A DNA stretch of 19,218 nt from Sphyrna mokarran (taxonomy: Eukaryota), in NCBI GenBank assembly GCA_024679065.1. It is one part of the record JAGIQG010000682.1 of this genome. The stretch is one strand, 5' to 3'. The notes below the pieces were generated by a model. The model was not told the origin of the DNA. It searched no databases and saw only the letters and a program-made list of their open reading frames with translations. This document shows positions 10,622 through 19,218 of the stretch, piece after piece. The stretch's first letter is position 1. Every line of letters begins with the position of its first letter. The translations under genes were made by a program, and so were the position numbers.

Positions 10622-10990
10622 CTGTCAGAAGTGTCAGAGTTCTTGATGCTGATGTGCTCCTTAAACCGATAATCATCCAGATTCTCAACTCCCACATCAC
10701 ACCTAACACTGGCACCCCCACCCCGTGCCTCACCACCCTCTCCCCTGAAGCCTCGTCCCACTATCCCTGTCCCACTGACCGCCGACTCCATCAGCTCTCA
10801 AAGAGACTTTCCCCGGGACTGAAATGGAGCCGGTTCCAGAATCACACCCTGCTCCCAACTCGTAATCTGTAACGGATGATTTTCCACAGGAAGATTGGAT
10901 GGGATTGAAACCAGACTGATCACAATGATAAAGTGAAGGGGGAGATTAAAGGAGACAGACTGTAACAAGACGGGATTTGGAGTCACTTAC

Positions 10991-11040
10991 CGGCTGTGAC
11001 AGTCACCACCGTCCCGGATCCATCCACATAATAATATTTA
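10991..11040 (-). other. Antigen-receptor J gene segment (NAR-type)
   Basis: Encodes KYYYVDGSGTVVTVTA (xGxGT motif) and ends in a phase-1 donor G|GTAAGT. It is directly preceded by a 23-RSS. Confidence 0.93.
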
Positions 11041-11079
11041 CACAGTGACTCCGCCTTCAATCTCCCCGGTACAAAAACC
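11041..11079 (+). other. Recombination signal sequence of J (23-nt spacer)
   Basis: Perfect CACAGTG (11041-11047), a 23-nt spacer and perfect ACAAAAACC (11071-11079). Confidence 0.97.
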
Positions 11080-11391
11080 ACCGATATCCCAATCTGCCGG
11101 AAAACCATCACCAGTCATTGAGAAGTGTCCAATTATTCGGGGGATTTAAAATCAATAAATAATACTCAAAGTTTTAACGTCTCTGTCGGTTCAAACTGTA
11201 ATTTTGTGAGGCCCGATCTCTCAGTAAATGGCCGCAGGAAGGAAATATTCACTTTATATATAGCCAAAAAAATCAAGGAAAGATGTGAATGGTGGAGATT
11301 ACAGTAGAAATAATCCCGATCACAGCGATAATATCATCAAACCAATGATTCAGTCTCTGGGTACTGAGTATTGATAGTGTAATTGTGCACA

Positions 11392-11419
11392 GGTATTTGT
11401 TCAGCTTCTTTCCACCGTG
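11392..11419 (-). other. 3' RSS of D (12-nt spacer)
   Basis: Minus strand reads CACGGTG (11419-11413), 12 nt, ACAAATACC (11400-11392). Confidence 0.92.
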
Positions 11420-11435
11420 ACCTCCCCATATATTA
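11420..11435 (-). other. Antigen-receptor D gene segment (16 nt)
   Basis: TAATATATGGGGAGGT, flanked on both sides by 12-RSS. The three frames read *YMGR, NIWGG and IYGE. Confidence 0.92.
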
Positions 11436-11463
11436 CACAGTGTTACAATTCAGCATCAAAACC
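11436..11463 (+). other. 5' RSS of D (12-nt spacer)
   Basis: CACAGTG (11436-11442), 12 nt, ATCAAAACC (11455-11463; 2 mismatches to consensus). Confidence 0.9.
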
Positions 11464-11810
11464 TCGGGGACTGGGTGGGATGTTGGAACATGAATTAAAC
11501 AGCGCCGGAATGTGGCTCCCAGTTCCGGCTGTGAGCCGAGGATCCCATCTGGTGTCAGTGTTTGTAACTGGGATCAGTCATTTCCATTCTCAATTCACCG
11601 ACAGCACTCCCAGGAATGACAGCCCCATCCACTCACACTCCGTATTTATAAAACTCAACATAGCAACGGTGATAATCAGGTCTTATTAAAAATAAACTGT
11701 GGCATCAGGAGTGTGAGGGATTGGCGGGTAGTGGGATTGGGGGGCGCGGTGGTGGTTCAGGGTAGATTAACTCCGGCTTTCTCTTTGGTTCTGTGAGAAT
11801 CCGCAAAGAA

Positions 11811-11848
11811 AGTTTTTGTATCGCCGGAAGCTGAGGTCCATCACTGTG
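11811..11848 (-). other. RSS of V (22-nt spacer, 23-class)
   Basis: Minus strand reads CACAGTG (11848-11842), 22 nt, ACAAAAACT (11819-11811), directly after YYCKAKYK. Confidence 0.93.
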
Positions 11849-12127
11849 TCTTGTACTTGGCTTTACAGTAATAGGTGGCGGCGTCTTCAACTCTCAAATC
11901 CCGAATTTCCAGCGAAAATGTCTTTCCTGCTTTGTTCACAGACACAGTAAATCTCCCTCCGTTGGAGATCAGCTCCCTCTCCTTCCCGGGCTGGGTTTGT
12001 TTGAAGAATTCGCCGTTTACTAAGCGAACATAAGCAGAACCATACAAATCACAAGTGATGGTGAGAGACTCACACTCCTTCTTGGTCACCTCTGCCGGGT
12101 TTTGTGTCACTGACTGACTGAAAGATC
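11849..12127 (-). CDS. NAR-type variable gene segment exon, most likely NAR-TCR V
   Basis: Acceptor tttccag| at 12128. The open frame is SFSQSVTQNPAEVTKKECESLTITCDLYGSAYVRLVNGEFFKQTQPGKERELISNGGRFTVSVNKAGKTFSLEIRDLRVEDAATYYCKAKYK. Canonical cysteines are separated by only 61 aa (VNAR-like CDR2 deletion), with VNAR-like ESLTITC, ISxGGR and FSLxIxDLxVED motifs and an extra FR1 Cys. Confidence 0.9.
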
Positions 12128-12275
12128 CTGGAAATTAAACACAGAGAGTTTAATGGACCATCAGATCCGAACCACACAACGGGGCTAAAACCCCAAACAC
12201 TGTCTGTAATTGGGATGGACTGGGACAGCTTTATATCCAATCCACACAATGTGGGTTAGTTTGATCGGTACTCAC

Positions 12276-12318
12276 GGGGTAAACAGGCACACAGGGTGAA
12301 CACAAGAAGGATTCCCAT
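12276..12318 (-). CDS. Leader (signal peptide) exon of the V gene
   Basis: ATG at 12318 gives MGILLVFTLCACLP and a phase-1 donor C|GTGAGT. The 148-nt intron splices in frame to the V exon (…LP-R-SFS-QSVTQ). Confidence 0.9.
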
Positions 12319-12654
12319 CTCCCTGCTGCCCGGAGCTGATGGTTTATGTGACGGGGAGCTGGAGACTGCAGAGTCTGGCTGCTCTGGGACACTGGATCTC
12401 AGAACTGAACTGAAATACCTCAGGCCTGAACATTGTTAATTTAGGCCACGCCCATTGTTTAAAAGAAAACTCGAGAATAGAAAGGTGACAGAAAGCTGGG
12501 AAGATTCAGTCGAGGCTCCACAGTTATCACTGACTCGGAGCTCCCGACCCCAAAATCTGATCCCATAACTCCTCTGGGTGTTGCCTCTCAGGGTTTGTGA
12601 TGGTCCCTCTTTGTCAAAAGTAAGGAAGATTCTTCTTTTATTTCCGTGTCCAAT

Positions 12655-12811
12655 TGTAGAGATGGCAGTCAGGGCAATGATATGCTCCTCCTGCTAGATG
12701 TGGGAGATTAGGGAACTGTCTAGAGTCTCTGGCGATCATGTCTGCAGGAAGTGTGATCAGCTGTAGTTCCTCACACACCGCAGGGTTCGGTTGGAGCAGC
12801 GGCTGGAAACA
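12655..12811 (+). mobile_element. Old CR1 ORF1 5' part (zinc-finger/leucine-zipper region)
   Basis: MAVRAMICSSC*MWEIRE...HVCRKCDQL*FL...LEQRLET. The frame continues at 13946. Confidence 0.7.
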
Positions 12812-13945
12812 ATCTCACTGGATCCAGGGGGAGGGAGCCAAATGGATACAAAATTGGCGTGATGACAGAAGCCAGAGGGTGGTTCTAGAGAGCTGTTTTT
12901 CAAACTGGAGGACAGTGAAGAGCAGTGTGCTTCATGGATCGGTGCTGGGTACACTGTTATTTGTCATTTTTATTAATAATTTGGATGAGAAATTTAGAGG
13001 CATGGTTAGTAAGATTATAGATGACACCAAGATTGGTGACATAGTGGACAGTGAAGAAGGTTACCACGGATTGCAACGGGATCTTTATCAATTGGGCTAG
13101 TGGACTGATGAACGGAAGATGGAGTTTTATTTAGATAAATGCGAGGTGATCCATTTTGGTCAATCAAACCAGGACAGAACTTACTCATTTAATGGCAGGG
13201 TGTTGTGCAGAGTTATAGAACAAAAAGATCTAGCGGTAGCGGGTTCGTAGCTCATTGAACGTGGAGTCACAGGTGGACAGAGTGGTAAAGAAGGCATTCA
13301 GTATGTTTCGTTTAATCATTAGAACCTGAATACAAGAGTTGGGACTTCGTGTTGAAGTTGCACAAGACATTGGTAAGGCCACACCTGGAATACTATGTGC
13401 AATTCTGATCATCCTATTATAGAAAAGATATTATTAAACTAGAAAGAATGCAGAAAAGATTTATTAGGATGCTACCGGGACTTCATGGTTTGAGTTATAA
13501 GGAAAGGTTGTTTTTTTTTTCCCCTGGACTGTATAAGATTGAGCGGTGATCTTATAGGGGTGAATGTCGCCTAAAGGGGTCGATACAATAATGAGGGGCA
13601 TAGATCAGTTTGATGGGCAAAATTTTTTCCAAAACGTAGGGGAGTCTAAAACTAAAGTGTGTAAATTTGAGCTGAGAGGGGAGAGTTACAAGATGTTCCA
13701 GAAGGACAATTTATTCACACAGAGGGTGGTGAGTGTCTGGAACAAGCTACCAAGGGTAGTAGTAGAGGCGGGTACAACTTTGTATTTTTAAAAATATTTT
13801 GGACAGTTACATGGGTAAAATGAGTATGGAGGGATATGGACCAAACATGACAAGTGGGCCTAGCTTAGTGTTTAATAAAAGGGTGACATGGATAAATTGG
13901 GCCAAAGGGCCTGTTTCTATGCTGTAAACCTCTATGACTCTATGG
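12812..13945 (+). mobile_element. 5'-truncated CR1 LINE (RT to 3' tail) nested in an older CR1 ORF1
   Basis: WIQNWRDDRSQRVV...GSVLGTLLFVIFINNLD...IIDDTKIG (degenerate FADD RT motif), then FTQRVVSVWNKLP and the tail ctctatgactctatg. Contains stops and frameshifts. Confidence 0.9.
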
Positions 13946-14640
13946 CTGCCGAACATACAGGGAGAAGTGAGTGTGATAGAACTAGCTTCAAGAAGGTGTC
14001 ACACCACAAGTCCACATCCAGATAGATAGAAGAGTGACTGCCAGGATAGACAGGCATGTATTGCAGCAGTTTTGTGACAATTCCCTCTCATGCAGATATA
14101 CTGTTTTGGATAATGTTGGGGGAGGGGAAATAGCCTCTCAGGGGAAAATACCAGCAGCAGCCAGACTTCTGGCACCATGACTAGTTCTACTGTAGAGAAG
14201 GATCGAGCTAGGTCCAAGTGAATGAAAGTCGTAGAAGAACTCGATAGTCAGGAGCATAGACATGCATTTTCATGGCAGCGAACAACATTCTAGGATGTTG
14301 TGCGGTCTCAATGGTTTCAGAATCCTGGGTGTCTCTGAGCAGGTACAGGGCATCCTGAAACGGGAATGTGAACAGATAGACGTCATTGTCCACATTGGCA
14401 TTAATGACAGAGGCAGGAAAGGGGAAGAGGGCCTGTGAAGACAACTCAGGGAGTTAGACAGAGCAGGACCTCTGGGATAGTAATCTCAGGATTATTCTCC
14501 ATGCTACTTGCTAGTAAGGCTTGCAATAGGGAGATGGTATAATTGAATCTGTGGCTAAAAACCGGGTGTTTGAGGAAGGGCTTTAGATATATGAATCACT
14601 GGGATATCTTCAGACAACTGAAGGGTCGTATTGGAGGATT
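13946..14640 (+). mobile_element. Old CR1 ORF1 3' part (SGNH-esterase-like domain remnant)
   Basis: Resumes LPNIQGEVSVIE. Degenerate (G)xSIVRxID and VIVHIGIND blocks are typical of the CR1 ORF1 esterase. Confidence 0.7.
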
Positions 14641-14747
14641 GTGTTTTTTTTTCTTATTCCTATTGTATTTATTTTAATATAATTAAATGCAGATGAACCT
14701 ATTCACATAATCTATACCAATCTCAGGAACAGTGACAGTGAACTCGA

Positions 14748-14995
14748 AGACATACACACACGAACACATTCACAGATATGCACTCTCAAACCGACACAGG
14801 AAAACTCACAGGCACACACACACAAACATATACAGATATACACAATCTCAAACAAATAGCTGCAGACAAACTGGCACACACAATCACATTCACGAACACA
14901 CACAGACATGCACACAAAAACATAGACTTACACAAACACAAGCAGTGACACACGCAGACATACAACTATCACACACACTCTCACAAACAAAGAGA
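14748..14995. repeat. Degenerate (CA)n low-complexity tract
   Basis: Interrupted cacaca runs throughout. Confidence 0.85.
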
Positions 14996-15060
14996 TAAAC
15001 TGAGACAATGACCAGTTGATGTTATTCTCTAATCCACCTGCTGCAAACTAAAATAATATA

Positions 15061-15950
15061 AGAACTCTCACAACACCAGGCTAAATTCCAACAGGTTTAT
15101 TTGGTAGCAAAAGCCACAAGTTTTAAGAGAGGTTCTCCTTCCTCGGGTGAGTGGGAGTTCTGTTCACAAGCAGGGCATATAATGACAGAAACTCAATTAG
15201 CAAAATAATGGCTGGAATGCAAATTTTTATAGGTTATCAGGTCTTAAAGATACAGGCAATGTGAGTTGGGAGAGGGTTGATCAAGTTTAAAGAGATGTGC
15301 GTTGTCTCTAGCCGAGACAGTAAGTGAGATTTGGCAAGAACAAGGAAAGTCATGGGGGTTTCAGTTAGCGTGACGTGAACCCAAGATCCCGGTTCAGGCG
15401 TTCTCATGTGTTTAGAATTTGGCTATCAGTCTGTGCTCAGTGATTCTGTGCTGTCGTGTGTGGTGAAGGCTGCTTTGGACAAAGTGTACTGAAGATCAGA
15501 GGCCGAATGCCCGTGACCGCTAAAGTGTTCTCCAATAGGAAGAGAATACTCTTGCCTGATGATTGTCGACTGGTTTTCATTCAACCGTTGTGGTAGTATC
15601 TGCATGGTCTCCCCAATGTACCAAACTCTGGACATCCTTTCCTGCAGCATTTCAGGTAGACAACGTTGGCCAAGTTGCAAGGATATGCACCGTGTACTGG
15701 GTGGCTGGTGCTCTATGTGAGACTGTACCTTTAACACTTGATTACCCGTAAAGACTCGCATTCCAACCATTATTTTGCAAATTGAGCTTGTATTTTATAT
15801 GCCCTGTTTATGAACGGAACTCTCACTTATCTGACGAAGGGCAGTACTCCAAAAGCTTTTGCTACCAAATATACCTGTTGGACTTTAACCCGGTGTTGTG
15901 AGACTTCTGACTATGTTTAGCCCAGTCCAATGCCGGCATCGCCACGTCAT
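15061..15950 (-). mobile_element. Penelope-like retroelement remnant: GIY-YIG endonuclease fragment between ~190-bp inverted repeats
   Basis: Minus-strand WYIGETMQILPQRLNENQSTI...LPIGEHFSGHGHSASDL matches the PLE GIY-YIG domain. 15061-15255 is the reverse complement of 15723-15908. Confidence 0.85.
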
Positions 15951-16221
15951 CACTAAAATCATAACAGAAGTAAATCAAAAGTTTGTGAAATGAGAAAATG
16001 TAAAAATTTTCATAGCTCAGAATGGGGGTACAATTGATGATTTCTCTGTTGTCTGTGATCTTTGAACAAATACAGAATTAGAAAGATTATAATATTTGAA
16101 TAGTAGTATCTAATGTATAAAGTATCTGGGAACAGAGCGATTTGACACAGACTGGAAGACAGACTGAGGTAATGAGATTGAAGCAGCTGTTCCGAATGAA
16201 TGGTTTTATTGCAGAGAAGGA

Positions 16222-16290
16222 TGTGTGGATGGGAGAGAGAGAGATGGATGGAAAGAAGGAGGGAGGGTGAGATGGATGGAGGGGTAGACA
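16222..16290. repeat. Purine-rich (GA/GGAT) low-complexity tract
   Basis: gggagagagagagatggatggaaagaaggagggaggg... Confidence 0.7.
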
Positions 16291-16399
16291 AGTGGATCGA
16301 GGTGAATGTAAGAAGCTGAAGTTTCCAGTTGAAGAGGTTCCCAGTGTCTCTGAGCAGCTGAACTGGGGAAGCCTTTGGGCAGACACGGTGCAGCTGCTA

Positions 16400-17060
16400 T
16401 TTCCCTTCCTGACCATCAGTCGTCGTTGTGACACGCCCGGGCACTGCTCCGCCCAGTGTCACCTCTTGCCCGCTCCGCCCCTGTTGCTGCTCGTTGGCGG
16501 AACATCCGGGACCTACAAGACAATATGGCGGGACCAGTCGCCATATTGTCGTGACGTCACCATCAACCCCTAACGCCCCCCCGGTCGAGGAAAAAAGGAC
16601 GGTTCAGAAATGTAGAAAGTGAGAGAAATTCCCACCCGGAAATCCCACCGGGAGCGGAACTAAAATTAAACAAAATACATGTTTTTATAAAGAGTCAAGT
16701 AGTGGAACTGCGCATGTGCCGTAGTATTTTCCCAGCGTACACCGCGCTTTGTGATTGTTTTAAAAAAAGACGTAATTTAAAAAAAGAAACGATATTCCCG
16801 AATGGAGAAGGAACCGAAAGTCTGACGGGTGAGGATGTGAATAATAATCATCAAGATTCAAAATATTAAAAGATTAAAATGTAATTGCCTGGGCGCATGT
16901 GCGGCAGTGGAATTCCCCCAGAGTGCAGCGCGTGGGACGCCGTCTCCTTGGCAACGCAAAATGGCCGCTGGCCGTATCCCCTGGCAACGCAAGATGGCCG
17001 CGGCAGCGGGCGTCATGCAGCGCAGGCGCAGTGAAGTCCTGCCTGCAGCCCATTGTCCAG
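16400..17060. promoter_or_regulatory. CpG-island promoter, possibly bidirectional
   Basis: CpG-rich, with perfect CRE gtgacgtcac at 16551-16560 and inverted YY1-like sites at 16519-16530 / 16539-16550. Also NRF1-like motifs at 16709-16719 and 16893-16903, and a tandem X-box-like plus YY1 unit at 16940-17001. Confidence 0.65.
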
Positions 17061-17237
17061 ATTGCCCCCCAGTGGATGTGGTGGGGATGGTGCAGCAGAT
17101 GGAGCAACAATCCCAGTTTCAATGGGGGGAAGAGAAGCTGCAATGCTGCTCCCTGTTGTTCACTCCTCTCCCCAGTCTCAGCATTGCAGAGTGTTTAAAC
17201 AAAAGGGTGCATTGTCACAGTGGCACCTAGACCTGCA

Positions 17238-17496
17238 GTTTAAGTTTATTTATTAGTGTCACTAATATGTCGGCTTACATTAACACTGCAATGAAATCAC
17301 AGTGAAAATCCCCCAGTTGCCACACTCCGTGCCTGTTCAGGTCCATTCAAGAATTTAGCATGACCAATGCATCCTAACGAACACATCTTTCAAACTGTGG
17401 AAGGAAACCAGAGCTCCAGGAGTAAACCCATGCAGACACAGGGAGAATGCACAAATTCTATATAGCTAGTGACCCAAACCGGGAATCGAACCCGGC
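17238..17496 (-). mobile_element. V-SINE/HE1-like tRNA-derived SINE with a LINE-derived tail
   Basis: B box (ggaatcgaaccc, reverse complement of gggttcgattcc) near 17482-17493. The V-domain-like core is tgtggaaggaaaccagagc...aacccatgcagacacagggagaatgcacaaa, and the tail is tttaagtttatttattagtgtcac. Confidence 0.8.
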
Positions 17497-17504
17497 TTCC
17501 TTGC

Positions 17505-18155
17505 TGTTCTTTGCATGAATCACAAAAAGCTAATAAGCAGCTAAAGCAAGTAATTAGGAAAGGTATCATTTGAGGGGAATTGGTTACATAAATATGGAGA
17601 TTATGCTTCAGTTATCCAGAGCACCAGTGAGACCAGATCTGAAGTATTGTGTACAGTATTGGTCATCTTGTTTAAGCAAGGATGTAAATGCATTGGAAGC
17701 AGTCAATTGACCAGACTAATGCCAGAAATGTTGGACTATGGGTAAAACTTGAATAGGCTCGACTTGTGTCTGCTGGTGTTTAGAAGAGTGAAAGAAATTT
17801 GATCAAAACATTGAAGATTCTGAAGGGTCTTGACAGATTGGTGTGGAGAGGATGTTTCTTCTTGTGTGAGAATCCAGAGATAGAGGATCCTGTTTAAAAA
17901 AAAAGTTCACAATTTAAAACAGAGGAGATGAAATATTTTCTTTCAGAGAGTCATCTGGAACGCTCTTCAGAAAAAGCGGTGGGAGCAGAATCTTTGAATA
18001 TTTTTAATGCTGTTCTAGGATAGGTTCTTGGCAATAGATGATTGGGGGTAGGCAGGATGTAGATTTAAAGTTATTATCAGATCAGCCGTGATCTGATTAA
18101 ATGATGGAACAGACTCAAGGGGTCAATTAGTCGAATCCTACTCCTTGTTCCTGTG
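17505..18155 (+). mobile_element. Degenerate CR1 ORF2 3' half with tail
   Basis: MLQLSRAPVRPDLKYCVQYWS..., then LIKTLKILKGLDR and the 3' tail gatcagccgtgatctgattaaatgatggaacagactcaaggggt...ctccttgttcct. Confidence 0.8.
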
Positions 18156-19218
18156 AAAACATTAGCAGTGAGATGTGTGACTGTCTTAGCCTGTTGTTCG
18201 ACTGCAGGAATGCTCATGTTTAGTAGTTTGTAGCTTAGTCATGTGTAATGATCACGTAATTGAAGCTTATTAATCAATTAACCTGATGTCAAATTGTGCT
18301 TCATTATAACATATTAGTATCATGTCACTGGCTTTGTCTGTAATTGCATTTTCATTTGACAAGTGTAATATATCACGTGACTGTGGTCCAATGTAAATTT
18401 ACACTTTTATACTTTAATTACAGAGTCCTGTGGATCCCATCAACTCTGGATGAGCTAAGATCTGGAACTGTGAACTCATCATCCATTGACAATAACAGTT
18501 ATATTTGAGTTTCAGGCCATATTGTGTGAAGAAATCAGCTGTGAAGGTTCAAACTTCAGCACTGTGTCGTAAATTAGTTTAAACTTTTATCTTGTAATAT
18601 CTTAAAAGAAGCACTCACTTTCCTTCACACTCTATAATTATATTTAGTTTGAAAAACTAAAGGTTTCAGTTTAATTTTTATAGCTCAGAAGTTATTCTGA
18701 TTCATTAGTTTTGAACTTTTATAAATTGAAGGTATTCTATTGTATTTATATGTGTTTCCTGCTGTTTCAGCTTTTTTACACTGATTTAATGTCCACCTTC
18801 TTTGGATTTCAGATCTGAAATAACTTCATAATTTCTGTATTAGTTTAAGATTGTGTGTCACTGTGTCCTTTTAATTCACTGTGTTCCAAGCTCTGGCAAC
18901 CACTACAAAAACCAACAAGCACTTTCTTTAACCAAAATATACTGATATTCACCAGCCCCAGTGAGAACTCGAAAGGTTTCTACACATCAAATAGACATTT
19001 GAGATACTGAACCCAAATGTTAACCATTAGGATTTGACACCATAAGCTTTCTTATTTCAAATAAGCGGACAAAGAAGCTCCATTATCTGAGTACAAAGCT
19101 CAGTTTAATGAAATCATAGAAAAGACATTTGGGACAAACTCTGAAAGTAACTGACACATTAGAGCGCCAATCGCAAAATTGCAGGAAATGATCAGTCGAT
19201 GATCATCACCATTAAGAA

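Noticed and set aside
11322-11350. Possible extra heptamer cacagcg between D and J
   Set aside because: No nonamer at 12- or 23-nt spacing and no opposing RSS.
10991-12318. Conventional IgNAR, IgM or IgW cluster
   Set aside because: Only one D is present, the V has an FR1 Cys and a VNAR-length framework, and no CH exons are visible downstream. NAR-TCR fits better, though phylogeny is needed to confirm.
14712-14998. His/Thr-rich and Cys/Val-rich ORFs
   Set aside because: These are translations of a (CA)n tract.
16087-17256. Several overlapping ORFs of 64-115 aa
   Set aside because: Expected in GC-rich CpG-island and low-complexity sequence; no protein motif recognised.
18420-19218. Possible + strand exons (acceptor-like sites and a short DKEAPLSEYKAQFNEII frame)
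   Set aside because: Frequent stops and no recognisable homology; cannot be supported without transcript data.

Overview
This is eukaryotic DNA, almost certainly from a cartilaginous fish (shark). That is inferred from the CR1, V-SINE/HE1-like and Penelope repeats, the MEKPWKC-type zinc-finger genes and a NAR-type V gene. The left ~8.4 kb is a C2H2 zinc-finger cluster on the + strand: a CpG-island promoter, one ~9-finger gene with a decaying C-terminus, a 5-finger pseudogene and a third truncated module. The centre holds a complete germline, RAG-rearrangeable antigen-receptor cassette on the - strand, running leader exon, NAR-type V, 22-RSS, 12-RSS, D, 12-RSS, 23-RSS, J (12318 to 10991). Its single D and non-canonical FR1 cysteine best fit NAR-TCR. 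About 370 nt downstream of J is what looks like a heavily decayed, leaderless TCR-V relic, where the NAR-TCR 'supporting Vdelta' would be expected. I see no RSS after that relic and no constant exon in the 10 kb beyond it, only ZNF genes. An intact V-D-J beside a dead partner is the most interesting signal here. The right part holds nested CR1 LINEs, a Penelope remnant with ~190-bp inverted repeats, a second CpG island with structured TF-motif arrays, a V-SINE and more CR1. All calls were made by eye, with no database searches.
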